Counted from the stretch's first letter, positions 38,126 through 52,506 are shown. The stretch: 64,000 nt of DNA from Azolla caroliniana (GCA_043228905.1 JBHGNT010000005.1:10354001-10418000); one strand, 5' to 3'. Notes: generated by a model from the sequence alone, not told the origin. Numbers and translations: made by a program.

Positions 38126-40292
38126 CAACCAGGCTTGCCGTCATTCATCTCCGGACATCCCATCCGGAGGGACCGAAATCCCAACACGACAGGTTGCCAA
38201 CATCTTCACCAAGCCTCTTGGTCTCGACAAGTTGCGGCATTTCTCAGGTGAGGTAGGATTGTGTCACCTCGACACGCCGAACTTGAGTGGGAGAGAGGAA
38301 GAATAGGGACAAGAGCGTGAAAGGAGCGGAGGTAAGCATCACGGTAGAAGTGACCGAGATGCGGAGTCGGATGGAGAATTTGACTTCGAACCGGCTGAAG
38401 AAGCCGAAGATGGAAGCAAGGGCCGTAAGCATAAGAAGAAGCTGAGGACAACCGAAACAAGGGGAGATAAAGCCAAGACTAAGACATGCTCGGATGTTGT
38501 CAGGGGCCTGAAGATTGAGGACAAATTGAGACAACCAATTTGGATGAGAGTGAAATTGAATTAGAAGAGTTCGATTCAATTGGTATGTTCGATTCGGATA
38601 CGCCGAATCAACTGAAGCCCATACGGGAAAAAGAGCAACGAAGGACGTGTCGACACCACGACAGCAAGGGAGATGAGAAGGGCCGAACGAAAGGGTCGAA
38701 GCGTGCGGAATCGAATGGGTCGAGGAGCGAGAGAGAGGCGTGAAGCTAGAAGGAACCGGCACATAGATCCTGAAGAGTGGACGAAACCTCACGTTGAGGT
38801 TGAGGGGGAGTGTTGAGTGACAAGCTCAACATTGGGTGTGTAATATGGTGCGTAACCCAGTGCGTAGACTGGGTGCGTGAAACAGTACACATAACGTAGC
38901 CATAGCGATGCGTAAACCGCGAGGCCGTTAGTATGGTATTGCTTGTAAGGAATAATTTTGGGAGTTAGTGTAGTAAGCTCAGTTTTGAGCAGTCAAGTAC
39001 TATCAGTACTTGTGTCAGCCTGATTGTGAGGGCTTGTATATAAGGTGCTCAATGAGCACGAAGTATGTACAGAACAGAGCGTCATATTTTGAAATTGAAC
39101 TGAGTTGTCTGCTCTCGCTCTGTCTCTCCCTCTCCATCTTCATCTTTGCGTTTTTTGTGTTTTACCGAACTGACTTATTCCTCCGAACTGTGTACTCTAT
39201 GTTTACGGACACGCTTCCGCACAACGTATTCTTTTCCACTTAAGGCCGTAGAGTGGCTTCTTTAGTCTACATACAGCTTTTCGGATGCTTTTTCAATTCA
39301 AAACCAGGGGGTTGAATCATGAAACCTCCTCTTCTAATTCACCTTGAAGGAAGGGCTTCTTTACGTCCATATGGTGGAGATGCAACCCTTTTGTAGCTGC
39401 GAGTGCAATTACGATCTGCACAGTTGTCATCTTTGCCACTGGGGCAAAGGTCTCCTTGTAATCGACTCTGTGCGTTTGTGTGTATCCTTTTGCGACAAGT
39501 CGTGCCTTGAAGCGATTTACTGAGCCATCGGCGTTGTATTTGACCTTATAGATCCATTTGCAACCAATCCCTTTCCTGTGAGGTGAATTGGGGGGGAACA
39601 AGGCCCCATCTCTCGTTTTTGTACAAGGCATGCATTTCTTCATTCATTGCGTCGACACATCGCGGGTCGTTTATGGCTTCAGAAAATGTTGCCAGCTCTC
39701 GGACAGTTGCTACCTTCATCATAAAGGCGTAATGATATGCCATGTAGTCATCGTAGCTGAATCGGCTTATGGGGTTCTTTTCACGGTGGACCGGCGTAGC
39801 CTCTCGTTCGCAGAGACTAATCCTTTGTTCGCTCCATTTGTCCGGATGTTTAGGCCTTTGAACTCACTGTCAAGGGACTGAGTTGACTCATTGTCCATCA
39901 AGTCTTCATATTCTAGCATTTTGGCCTTCCCCTTGTCTAGGTTCGGAGTCGGTTGAGATGTGTTGTGATCAATCAGAGGCTCTTGTGGGCCACTCAGCCT
40001 TGTTGTAAGTGGGTTGTCTTCATACATGTATCTAACATCTCTTGATTGACAGATTCCGGGTTGAACTGAGTTAGAATTGAGGTTGTCTCTGGTGCGTACC
40101 AGGATGCTGACTCGTCGAAAACGACATCTCGACTTACACGAACCTTTCGAGTAGAGGGGTTATAACACTTGTACTCCTTTTGCTCCAATGAGTATCCTAC
40201 GAGGATACATTCCCGACTTCGGGTTGAGCTTTTGTCGCTTCTCGTCGGGAACATAGGTGATGCAGCCGAATGTTCGAACATGTGATGGGTCA

Positions 40293-43200
40293 TGTTAACT
40301 GTTTCTGGGGGGAAACGCCTTCGATGAGCCCACATGCAAATCGGTATCAAGGGGTCGTGTTACGTGGAAACCTCTTTTGCACCGAGAAGACGTTATGGGA
40401 ATGCGGAGCGTACACGGGCTACAACCCGTTAAACATAGACGTAACTCGGTTTACGAGTACGGGGAGAATACACAGATGAAGGAACAATAAGAGCGAAACT
40501 TATATTAAATGAGAAATCTCACAGTGATTACAATACACGGCTCTCGGCCAGAAACAGTTTGTGCAGAGCTCAGTGCTACGATATTAATCTTGCTAAGTAA
40601 TCTAGATATTCCCCCCCTTCGGGGTATGCAGATCTCGGTTTATATAGTTCTCTTCTTTAGACAGAGCCGAGCCATCGGCTGATTGTTAGGGCTAAAAACT
40701 CGACTTAGTTCTACCTATTTCCTCACCTACTTTTCTACCTACCGGCAAGTTTACATATGATGTATCTATATTTCTGGCCTATGGACAACACCTAGCATGC
40801 CCGTGGAACAAGACTTTGTCCGTTGGACCCACGATTCACAATGTGGAGAGATAACTATAGATTTTGCAAAAACAAAACAAATTACAAGAGTTGCCCATTT
40901 ATACAAGGGCTTATGGGTTTGTTTTAATCCTCTTCTAATATGCCGAGGATATCCTCGGGGGCATGGGGTTGGTCTTGCTGCTCGGAAGGTGGGGTTGGTG
41001 ATGGGGGTCTTGCTGGCGAGTCGGGGATGGTTGTGTCTTCGCGTGTGCCGCTCTTTGTTGGTTCTGATTCAAGTAGGGTTGTGGTCATAGTTTGTGGCTC
41101 GATTGTGATGTGGGGATCTGTAGGGGCAAGTTCCTCCTGTTTGGCTTCCGTGGTGGTTAGCTCGGGTTCGTGATCGTTGGTCGTGGTAGCTCTGTTAGTC
41201 CTGGTAGCTAGGCGTTCCTCCTCGTAAGCTTCGGCTTCTAAACAGAACATCATTTGATCGTCGTTGAAGTCCTCTAGAAGTTGCTCAATGGCCGTGGTAT
41301 GGGATGCTGCTAAGGTATGATATTCCGTAGTCAAGTCTTCACGGAGGGTTTGGATGTTGGTGTCATCCATCTTGTAAAACCCTCGGCCCTCCTTCCTTCG
41401 GTTCTCGGCGCCCGCGCGTAATATGTGTAGTTCAGCGGCTTGGGCTGACCATTCCTGCCATACTTGTTGATCACGATCTTTATTTTGGTATCGTCCATGC
41501 CGATGCCAGCTCAGTGAACTTCCACTTCCTCCCTTGCGGCCTTGGAGTCTTCTTGGCATTTGCGGACAAGGAGCACTAGAGTAGCTTGGTTATCTTTTGC
41601 TTTTTCAGTTATGAGCGCGATTGTCTGCTCGTATTGTTTGGTGAGTTTAGCTACAATTTCGTCCATTTCTTGTCTTCAAGCGTCCCGATGTCGTTCTTTG
41701 GCAGCGATGTGCTATGTTTGCAATTGGTGATACGCATCGAAAATTTTCTCCCTTTGCTCTTCCGAGATCCTCCACTTTTGCATGTGTTGGTTTGCCAATT
41801 CTTGTAATGCACGTTGTTGACGGTGTAATTCCTGGTTGTTTGCGAATAGTTCTCGTTCCCGTTGGCTCTTCTGCTCTGCTTCTTTGATGAATCGTTCTTT
41901 GGCCTTGGTGATAGAGACCTGAAGGTTCATCACCTCTCTTTCTTGTTCTTTGAGTGCGGCCGAGCTTTCGGCAAGCAGTCGCTTGAGGTCAACTTCACGG
42001 CCCCCGGCTTGTTCCCGTAGTTGGCCCATAATGTTGTTGTGGTTTTGTTCTGCTAACTCGGCCAGAGCGATCTGGGCCTTAAGCTCCTCTTGGTAATCAT
42101 GGAGGGGAGGCCTTGTCTGGGTTGCAGCTTGCTGGTTCCGGGGAGTAGGTTCCCTGTCCGTTTGTGTAGATCTTTCCATGATGACAGTGTTGGGAGACAG
42201 GTGCACTCAGGCTCGGGTTCGGCAGAGGGACTAGTGAGACATCGGTACTCGGGGCAGGGAGGCTTAAGGGTGGATGTTCTTGAGGTTGCTTCTCCAATGA
42301 CACCAGTTTCTACTCGGCGGCTTGCCATAGCTCTGTGGCCCGTTTGGCTTACTGCTATGTCGTTTTGATACATCAAGCCATGTCCTTGGCTGCTCGAGTT
42401 GTGTGGTGCATATTTCGATATGCCTGGTCTAAGACCGTGTTCAGATCTGGTAGCTCCATCAGGAGAGAAGCATTCTGTGCTTGCTTCTTCCATCCTATCT
42501 TCTGTAAGGCCGATCCTCGTGAGGTTTGATTTCTCCCATTAGAGCGCGTTGGATCATCTTTGTTTCCGTGTGCTCCTCGGCCATATGAGCGGCGGCAGCT
42601 ACTTGGGCGTGCGCGAGGAAATCGATTAACTCATATGTTGTGCCCAGTCGAAGTAGTGCACTAAACTCGTATGCCTCCGCGGGGAGGTCTTTGTAACCGA
42701 GGACTTCCTCCTTTGATATCTACATGGTTTGTCCATGCTCGATCCTACCTAGTTGGAGCCATGACCCTAATGGTACCATGGTCGTGGCGGGCGGGCTGGC
42801 CTCCTTTGATTTCTGATGGTGGATCCCCTCCTGTTCTGTGGTCGACTCGCGATTGATGCGTTGTCTCATTTTTGGCAGATCCTGTGAGTCTGGGGCTTGT
42901 GGTGTTGGCTCCTCGGCTTGTTTCCTCTTTTATTTCCGTATGCCCGAGGGCTGCTGGTTAGTGGGGCGTGGGCTGGGTTGTGGAGAGGGCATCGATGTCC
43001 TTGGTGTCTTCAGTCGTATGGTGACATCCTCAATGATGGGCTCCTCGGCCTCGTCCCATTCAACGCGGGTCACTGGTAACGCCCATTGCTTCTGTGTTTT
43101 TGGTGGGGGTGGTGCCGAGGTGGGAGTATGGTACCGAACGGCCGAGGGAGGTGAAGAAGGCGAGGGGTCTTCCAATTCTTCCTGGGTTAACGCCAAAATT

Positions 43201-46200
43201 TTCTCCCATTGTCTCTGTGGTGGTGGTGGAGAGGTAAGGATGCGACGAGGGGAAAATGAAGGAGGTGGGTAGAGGACTGTGAGGTAATGATTCATCACAG
43301 GTAACAAGCGCTTACCGGTTTGAAAAGATTCTAGCGTTGCATGGACTCCTTCACTGGTGATGATTCCCCAATCAATTTTGTCGCCTTCGTACGCTCTAAT
43401 GATGATGGCAACTTTATTCCATGGCATAATCGTGGGATTTGTATGCACAAAGGCGTATTCCATTAAAATTCGGGCGATCTCTCCAAAAGCCTTGTTTGGC
43501 CCTCCTTAAGTGTGGTAAGCTTTGCCCGACATCGAATACATCCCAAAGTATTCCTTGAGGGTCTAGTGGGGAGGAATTTCGACCTCATTGTCTCCGCCTC
43601 GCGCAAGGTCCAGAGCAGCGTGAATGATGTTGTTGGTTACTGTGTCCCGGTGGATTCTATGTGCTATTGCTTGGGCATTAGGGTGCACTGGGATGTTGAT
43701 GACCCGTAAGTACCCGCATAGTCCTCGTTGTTGTAGCCAAGAATGGGTTTCCTGCGATGCTGCGAGAGGCATGGTGGACTCGAAGGTTTGTTGACAGGGG
43801 TCGTGGGGGAAAGCGATGAGACGAGGGCGAGACAGAGAGGTGGAAGAAGATGGTTGGGGAGGACACCGTTGTTCTGTGCAGGGGCTATGAGGGCGAGAGG
43901 AGGCCTGTTTGTAAGACCGATGAGAACGAGAGAGAGCTTGGGAGCTTGAAGGCGGTGAAGGCAAGAACACTTTTGTGTGAGTGGCTGCGTTGTGTGTGGG
44001 GTAGTTTCTTTTATGTGATTGCGTAGGGTTTTGTGCAGGGTGAAGATCCTTTAGATTCTTGGTTGTGGCTGCCATAATAAGGTATTATGGCTACGCATCA
44101 CAGGAGTGCTATGTCTGGTGTGCATGTTCCTTAAATATTCTACTTTAAGGTGAAGGTGACTAGTTGGTGCGCCTAAAAACATGTTGTGATTTGGGGTGAT
44201 TTGTTTGGTAGTTTAGGTAAGGCTAATTTAAATGCTAAAACTCTTCCTACTATATACATTTGGTGGGTAGGTCATTGTTTTACCGATGGGGACACGTGGC
44301 CTCCTTCGTGGCATCATCCGTGAACTGGTCCGTGCTGTGGGACTCGGCGAAGGGATTATCTGGGGTATCTCCGAGGTAAGGTCGAAGTCGGAATCCATTT
44401 ACCCAGCTTTTGACGATGTCTCCGGCCAATGTGCCGAGTTGGAATGTGCTGTTAAACTCGTCAATTATCCAGAAGGGGCCTGTCCATCGGAATCGTAATT
44501 TCCTCGGCATAGCATCGAGTCGTGTTTGGAAGACGAATACCGGTTTGCCGATGGTAAGTATTTTCTCTGTACCTTTCCGATGATGATCGACGAAGGCTTT
44601 ATGTAGCCATTGGCGTTGTTCTAGTTGAGCCATGCTGGCCACTCGATGTTCGCCGAGTTCGAGGAGTTGTTCGAGCCTATATTGCTCTGATTGGGCCTCA
44701 GGTAGCCTTTCCTTAACCTGAACTCGGAGACTTGGAACTTGGAACTCGATCGGCATGACTGCTTCCAAACCAAAGGCCATCCGAAAGGGTGTAGATTGAA
44801 TGCTAGTTTTAAATGTGGTGCGATATGCCCATAATGCACTCTGGAGGTTGTCATCCCCATCGGTGCGGTTTTCATTGATGATCTTTTTCAGGATTGTTTG
44901 CAAAATTTTATTAGTAGATTCCGCCAATCCGTTTGTCCAAGGATAGTACGGTGTACTTTTCTTATGTACGACCGCGTAGTGTGTAGTGAGCTCATGAATT
45001 ATGTGGTTTATAAAATGGCCACCTTGGTCACTAATGAGCTCGATTGGGCATCCATATCAGCACCATAGATGTTCGTATACGAATTTTGCCGTGGATGCAG
45101 CCATGTTATTCCGTACTACCTTAGTCCGTGGCCATGATTATGTATTTGTTACCGGTGTGAGCTACGGCTGGTTTGAAAGGTCCCACAAAATCTAACCCCC
45201 ACTTTTGAACTGGCTCTAACGGGAGAATGGGTTGGTGCGACATCCGGGCTTGCTCGGTCGGTTGTCCCATGCGTTGACACAGATTGCACTGTCGATAGAA
45301 TTCATGAGCATTTTTTTTTGTTTTGGCCACCATAAGCTACTCTCCCATATTTGTCTTGTTGTGGCCTCTCCAGTGTAATGTCCCCCCGTGATTCCGTGAT
45401 GTGCCTCCTGGAGGATTGCGTGTTTTTTGAATTGACGGATTGCACGGCGCCAGATGTCGTCCAAACCTTTGTGGTAGAGGGTTTCGGAGACTAGACAAAA
45501 GTTTCGGCACTTAACCGCTAGTCGTTTCCGAGCGTCGAGGGTCAAGTGGTCGGGAGGAAGGCCGGATCTAAGAAAATGGGTCATCTCCATGATCCATTCA
45601 TCTTCATTTTCATCTGGCACCGTTGCGAGACTAAAAAGGGCGGCGTTGGGTAGATCATCGTACGTGGACTCGGCTGGTTCTCCTGACTCGAGGTGGCTCA
45701 AATAGTCAGCTACGGCGTGTTGGACTTCGGGCCGGTGCTAGATATGAAAATCAAACTCTTGTAACAGGAGCATCCATTAGGCTAGGTGACTTGTGAGGGC
45801 CTGCTTATTAACCAAGTAGAGGAGAGCCGAGTGATCGACGTGGAATGTGAATTTCGGGCCCAAGAGGTAATGTCGGAACTTGTTGATACTATAGACCATA
45901 CCGAGGGCCTCGCGTTCTGTTGTGGAGTAGTTCTTCTCCACGGCCGAGAGTCGTCAGCTAGCGTAATACACTGGCCGGTACCAATATGGTGGTGTGCACT
46001 GCATGAGCGCGCTGCCAATGGCTATATCTGATGCGTCTATGAAGACGTGAAAAGGTTCCGACCAGACTAGTGGTTGTACAATAGGGGCGTGGGAGAGCAT
46101 TAACTTCAAGGCTTGGTAAGCCTCGTCTTCTATTGTAGACCACTGAAATGGGAGTCTATGCACAACCGCGTGCAATGGAGTCGCGAAATCGGTCAGGTGT

Positions 46201-49200
46201 CGTAACATCCAGCTATGCCATCTGATCTGGCCCAGGAATCGGCTGAGAGCCTTCACAGTAGAGAGCGCATGAGCGTTCAGAATGGCATGGACTTTATCCG
46301 GGTCCATGGTATACCTTCCTGGCTGACTATGTGCCCGAGCAGGTTGCCGCTTGTCACCAATAACGCGCATTTTGCCGGATTTAAGCTCAACCGAGCTTGT
46401 CGACATTGATCGAGACAACAAAGTCGTTGAGGAAAACTTGCATGAACGCCAGTATATACTCGTTGAAAATCTTGGTGATGATGCGTTGGAATGTGGCGGG
46501 TGCCGTTTTTAATCCGAACATCATTACCTCAGCCACAAAGGCACCCCATTCCGTGACAAACGTCGTTTTCTCCTGATTGTCGAGGTGCATTCTGATTTGA
46601 TTATAGCCATTGAACCCATCGAGGAAACTGTAGCATTCATGACCAGCCACCGTGTTGAGGACACTATCCGTGAACGGGAGAGGAAACCCATCCGTGACTG
46701 TTGCGGCATTGAGTTTACGGTAATCAATGCAAACACGGATTTTCCCGTTTTTCTTGGGGACGACGACGATTGGGCTTAACCATGTGGCTCTTTTTACTAC
46801 GCATATAAATCTACTCGGAGGAGTTTGTCGATTTCCTCTTTGACGTTAGTCGTGTAGTTGGGGTTCATATAGTACCGTCGTTGTTGAACCGGCCGAGTGT
46901 CAGGCAGGAGGTGTACTTGGTGTTGGTAATATTGGGGATCCAATCCCTTCATATCTGTGTAAGACCAGGGGAATACATCCTAATACTCCGTGAGCAGGCG
47001 TATCAGGGCTGACCGTTCGTCGGCTGGTAAGTTAGCAATTTGTAGTGTCTACGGGTTCTCGTCAGAGCCAAGGTTCAGTGACTTGAGCGTTGATGCTTTG
47101 ACTTGCTAGGAGATGGCGAGTTCTCGTTCAAATGCGTCCCGAGCTTGTCGTAATTCCACGATAGTTGTGGAATCGGCCTCGTCTTGGGGAAGTGAATCTA
47201 CCGTGACATCCTCGTCCGGTGGTGTGCCGAAGGCCGAGATGACGTTTATTTCGAAGAGGGGTATAATAGTGGGATGATCTTCCAGGAAGTCATCCTCCTC
47301 TTCGTCGGCTAACCCATCGAGCATGTGGACCCCTTCTGCATATAGGGGTGTGGTGTTGTGGGGCATGGTTAGGTGTTCTTTTGTTATTATTCGTACCTTG
47401 GTCTTCCCCCGACGGAAAGAGATCATATGTTTCGCTGCCTATGTTGCTTAATATTCGCCGTGCGCAATCAGGGTCGGCCAAGCAACATTGGGTAGGCGCC
47501 CGGAGCTTCGAGGCGTAACACAACTGCCGAGATAGTGAACATGTGGCCTCATAACGTGAAGTCGAGGTGGCGGATTAACCCTATGGGGCGAACCGATCAC
47601 GTATCGGCCATTCGGAGCCAAAGGGGCAAGGTTCCCATTGGTTCAGACCGAGTGTGTGAAATGTGGCCTCGCTAATGACGTTCACGCCGTAGCCACCGTT
47701 GATTATGCGTCCATGAAGCTCGCATCCTTTAAGCATAATTTTCACGGCTGGATTTTGGGTATTCATGATGGGTGGGCCTATCCCTGGCTCTGCCAAGTTA
47801 ACAAGGGTTGCGACCGATTTGTCGTTAGTCGTCAGCATAGCTAGGGTATCCCGAAAGCGCGGCATGAGCGGTAAAAGCTTACGCAAGGGCAGCGAGATCC
47901 TAGAACTAGTAAGGGCTTTCCCACAGATGGTCATCTTCTACTACAGTGGACGGTTCTGCGGGGAGTGGTGCGCCGATGGGCACGTCCTACATCTCTGCGT
48001 GCATCCGCTCCACGTTGCTTTTATTGGCGGTGTCAATCCATTCCTTGGCTGCTTGCCGGACGTTATCTTGTACTTGCCATTGGATGGCTTGGGTTTTGCT
48101 GCGTGTAATGACGTGTTGAACGTCGGCCATAATAATATTCATGGCCGGGGCCTTGCCACGGTCTGTGGTTGGGCATTGGGTAGTGTAGTGGCCGGGTTGG
48201 TTACAGTTAAAGCAGGTAACAGATGCTGAGTTGCTGGTGTCACCGTGCTCAATGTGTGAGAAAGGTTGTGAGTGGTTCCCGATCGCTTTTGTAGGCGTGT
48301 TGCCCCGTGGCGCGTTCTGGGGAAGAGGGTTATGCGATACGTTTGGAGGGGGGTCCCGACGATGGTTGTCGTTATGCCGTCACTTGTTCCACGAGCCTCT
48401 GTACGAGTTTCTTCTATCGTTTCGTGAATATCGCTGATCGTACCGGTCATCCCAGTCATCCTCGTACCGGTCATACTCACCGTTTTCTCTATAGTGGTCA
48501 TCGCGGTATTGGTCACGGCGGTCGTCCGATCTCCTACGGTTGTCATGGCGGTAGCGGTCGTCGTCACGGCGCTGACAATCCGGGGATTGTGGTTGCTTGT
48601 TCTCCCGATGTCGATATGACTGACGTTCGTCCTGCCGTGAGTATGTAATTCGAAGCTTGATCTGGCGAACCAGAGTCGTTGTTGTGCGGTTAAGCATGTT
48701 GTATTCACATTGTTTGATCGTGTGGGATCGGGACTGACAGATTGGACAATGTGGCCGGTGAGGGCACTCGAGAGCCAAATGGCCTAAGCCCGAGCAGGCT
48801 GTGCATTGGAGGGCCTGTCGGAAATGGTTGTCCTCTTGAGGAAGGCTGCTTTGCAAAGAGCCCATGGAGAAAGCCGTGTTATGCTGTGTCCGATCGATGG
48901 CAAGGACGCGTGTGATGACTTGCTCGATTGTCTTGTTAGAGAAATTGGTAAGTGCAAGAGTCGTCCATAGAGGCTCCCGTAGGTTGGAAAGGAAGGTATC
49001 CGGAATGTGATGAGCGGAGACATCGTCGGCCAGTTGTCGGTAGAAATCCGGAAACCAGATTGTGAACTGGGCGACCGTCTCGTGAGGTTCTTGGCTCATG
49101 GAAAAGAATTGCTGGAGCAGTTCGCGCTTCGGAACTTCGCGGTAAAATAATTCTAGAAACTTTGTTCGGACGTCCGGGAACGTTGTGACCTCCCCCACGT

Positions 49201-50210
49201 CGAGGCGGGAATACCATCGAGCAGCCGGCCCATCGAGGGATAGAGCAAATTCCACGATTTTGGAGGACTCAATTTCGGAAACCGATAACCGCTGTGTCGA
49301 GTGGTTGGCCTGCCATGTGGACACGAAAGCACGGGTGTGCGATTCTGCATTGGGGTCGTCTGTATATCGTGGGTAAGGGTAAGGCATGGTATCGAGATCC
49401 GGGTCTTCAGGTAAAGCTGGAAAAGGGTTACGGTCAGGTTGGGTGACCTCTAGAGGGCTTGACGGGGAGGTCAGTGCGGAATCAACTCGCGACTAGGTAT
49501 TGGGTGGCGAGGATAGCAACCGGTGAGCCTCCAATAGTTCCTGGAAAGATTGGTCAGTGACCGCTGAGTCGGAAGTTCCTTCGACTAGCTCAAGGCGTCG
49601 GGCAGGTGGCCGAGACCGCGTGATGCGATTGGGCGCTGTAATGGCGGTTGAGGTTTGCCTCCTACGTAGTTCGCTATGACCTTACAACTGTCTCACCGGG
49701 AGTGCCAAATTCTGTTAACCGTTTCTGGGGGGGAAACACCTTCGATGAGCCCACAGGCTATTGATATCAAGGGGTCGTGTTACGTGGAAGCCTCTTCTGC
49801 ACTGAGAAGACGTTATGGGAACGTGGAGCGTACACGGGCTACAACCCGTTAAACATAGACGTAGCTCGGTTTACGAGTAAGAGGAGAATACACAGATGAA
49901 GGAACAATTAGAGCGAAACTTATATTAAATGAGAAAGCTCACAATGATTACAGTACACGGCTCTCGGCCGGAAACAGTTTGTGCAGAGCTCAGTGCTATG
50001 ATATTAATCTTGATAAGTAATCTAGATATTCCCCCCCTTCGAGGTATGCAGATCTCGGTTTATATAGTTCTCTTCTTTAGACAGAGCCGAGCCATCTGCT
50101 GATTGTCAGGGCTAAAAACTCGACTTAGTTCTACCTATTTCCTCACCTCGTTTTCTACCTACTGACAAGTTTACATATGATGTATTTATATTTCTGGACT
50201 ATGGACAATA
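40293..50210 (-). mobile_element. Non-chromoviral Ty3/gypsy element F (Athila/Tat/Phygy-like) with extra ORF(s) after integrase
   Basis: LTRs 40293-40790 and 49713-50210. TSD ggtca/ggtcc. PBS TGGCACTCCCGGTGAGAC is tRNA-Arg-like. Gag 48380..49387 with two Cys/His knuckles, RT (SFLDGFNGYNQI, MFGLKTAPATFQR), RNase H, and integrase (WGLDFVGPF, ALWAYRT, WTGPF). Confidence 0.93.
40924..44075 (-). pseudogene. Additional 3' ORF region of gypsy F (Pro-rich and coiled-coil protein of unknown function)
   Basis: Same-strand ORF fragments 43563..44075, 42930..43463, 41712..42206 and 40924..41559 lie between integrase and the 3' LTR. Confidence 0.6.
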
Positions 50211-52471
50211 GGTCCGGCTTCTTTCCGTAAAACTTCTCGTGCGGGGTAACCTCATGCACGCCGAATGTTGTACACCGGTTCATTAGATATATAGATGTGT
50301 TAGCCACTTCTGCCCAATACGATTTCGACAGGTTCTTCTCGTTCATCATTGCCCGTGCAACCTCTATTATATGATGATTCTTTTGTTCGGCTATGCCATT
50401 TTACTGAGGTGTGTGCCGACATGAGAATTATCGTCGTACTCCTTCCTTTCGGAGATATGTCGTAAAATCATTTGAGAAGTATTCTTTGCCTCCATCCGAA
50501 CAAAGGTAGCATACGTGCCGACCCGTGGCTTTTTCGACTTCATTTTTTAATCTTTGGAAGTGTCCGAACACTTTGCTCTTCTATCTCATCGGGTAGATCC
50601 AGGTGTACCTTGAGAAGTCGTCGATGAATGTGACATAGTATCGGCAACCACCGAATGTGGCTATCTGTGTCGGTCCCCATACATCTGAATGTACTACATC
50701 TAGGATCCCTTTGCTCACATTCCTCTCTTTCGGGAATGGATGTCGGTGTTGTTTTCCGAATTGGCACGCCTCACATACACCCGTAATCTCCTTCTCGGTA
50801 ATGTTTGGGAGTCTGAATATGACTCCTTTCGATTGCATGTCCTGGAGCTTCTGGATATTAATGTGGCCAATTCGCTTGTGCCACAGTTTCAAGTCGGTTT
50901 CGACTTTAAGACCTTTTGCATACATTGTCAACTTTACCTCGTTTGATTCGAGGATAAACATTCTACCTTCTCGGCGACCGTGAGCAATGAGGCAGCCTTC
51001 TTTTTCGATGAAGCACCCTTCATCATTGAACAACACTTGCATCCCTCGTTCGACAATCTCGCCTACCGAGATCAAGTTTTTAGTGATGGTTGAGACATGC
51101 AAGAAATTTTTGAGGTAGGTTTGTTTGTCGTCATTCCTGAATGGGATGTTTCCAATGTGCCATAACGAATGAGTCATGTCATCACCTGTTTTGACATAAT
51201 CGGGCCGATCGGGCTTTCATAATTCTTGGAACCAATCTTCATGAGACGGCATATGATTGGATGCTCCCGAGTCGACAAACCATACATTATCCAAAGGAGA
51301 GGTGCTTGTCTCACCTTGTGTTGACATTGAGTGTGCTTTGTGCCTCATCATGAACATTATGCCACGATCATCGTAGTCAGAATTTGTGTCATAGTTCATG
51401 AGTTGGCTAGTCGAAGCTGATTTTCGTTGCGTCTTTTGGCACTCCTCGTCGTAGTGGTCGAGTTTTCCATAGTACTTGCATTCTATCGGATTATTGCGAT
51501 GGCTCAGTCCAGGAGGATAGCTCCCTCTTCTGCTGAAGTCCCTAGAATTGTTCCCATTGTCTTGCCATTGGTGGGAGTTGTGTTCTCAGGCCGACTGACC
51601 CTATCGCCTCGGCCGAATCGACCTTTGTTTCCTCGGTCAAATCCTCTTGTATCATCCTATTGTGAGTAAAGCATCCAAGCATCTAGTGCATTGATCCTTT
51701 GTACGGCATGGTTTTCTTCCACCAATAATATCGATTGAAGGTCGAAAAAGGAAGGTGGGTTCTCCCTTGCGAGAATGGCTGACATGATTGCGCTGAAGTG
51801 TGGTGCTAAGCCGCAGAGGCACATTGATCGATCCGAGGGGATCACACAGCTCCTTGATTTTCAAGGTATAGCCGGTGTTCAACATATCTCTTGTTTCATG
51901 TTGTTTAGCTCCTGTCGAAGTTGGAGCTTTTGTGCTACCGTGTTGGCCAAAAAAAACTTCTTTAGATTTCCCCAAGTTTCTTTCAGCATTTTCAAATCTC
52001 AAATATAGCCGAGCATGTGGTCATGAACGCATGATGCAAGACAGTACAACACACAACTCGCGGCATGCTCCCACACTGGGAGGTCAGCGTGTATCGGGTT
52101 GGGTTGGGTTTCGTGAGCTCCCTCGATGTAGCTCCAGTAACCTTGTCCGACAAGGTACTAATGCATCTTGTACTCCCAAGATGCGAAGTTTGTCCTATCG
52201 AGCTTCTCCGTAGGAAGTGCGCTTCCCATCTAAGTATTCATGATGATTTCTTCTCTGATTTTGAACCAATTATGTTGTTCGTCAGTGTGTAGAACAACAC
52301 AAACCATTAAGCTTGATTAGATAACCACACACTCTGATGCCATGTAAAGAATGAGAGGCGTAGATCGTGCTATGTAACAGAAGTGAGCTTTGAGTGTGTG
52401 CACGTGATGCAACAAAGAGAAAAAGAGAGAAAGAAAGCAATATTAATGTCTTCTAAGGACAAAATTGGCCC

Positions 52472-52506
<35 letters not shown>

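Larger units (their letters stand above)
32741..38186 (-). mobile_element. Young Tnt1/Tork-like Ty1/copia element E
   Basis: Near-identical LTRs 32741-33379 and 37495-38186. Perfect CGACA TSD. iMet PBS at 37480-37491. A single gag-pol frame. Confidence 0.97.
27840..39238 (+). mobile_element. Ty1/copia element D; 5' LTR truncated on the left
   Basis: The 5' LTR remnant ends at 28156 and is followed by PBS TGGTATCAGAGC (28157-28168). Gag, PR, INT (29845..30261), RT (YVDD in 31823..32068) and RNase H. PPT ttgagggggag, then 3' LTR 38811-39238. Confidence 0.92.

Noticed and set aside
52472-52505. (AG)n/(CT)n and (AT)n microsatellites here and in other LTRs
   Set aside because: Ordinary LTR-associated simple repeats.
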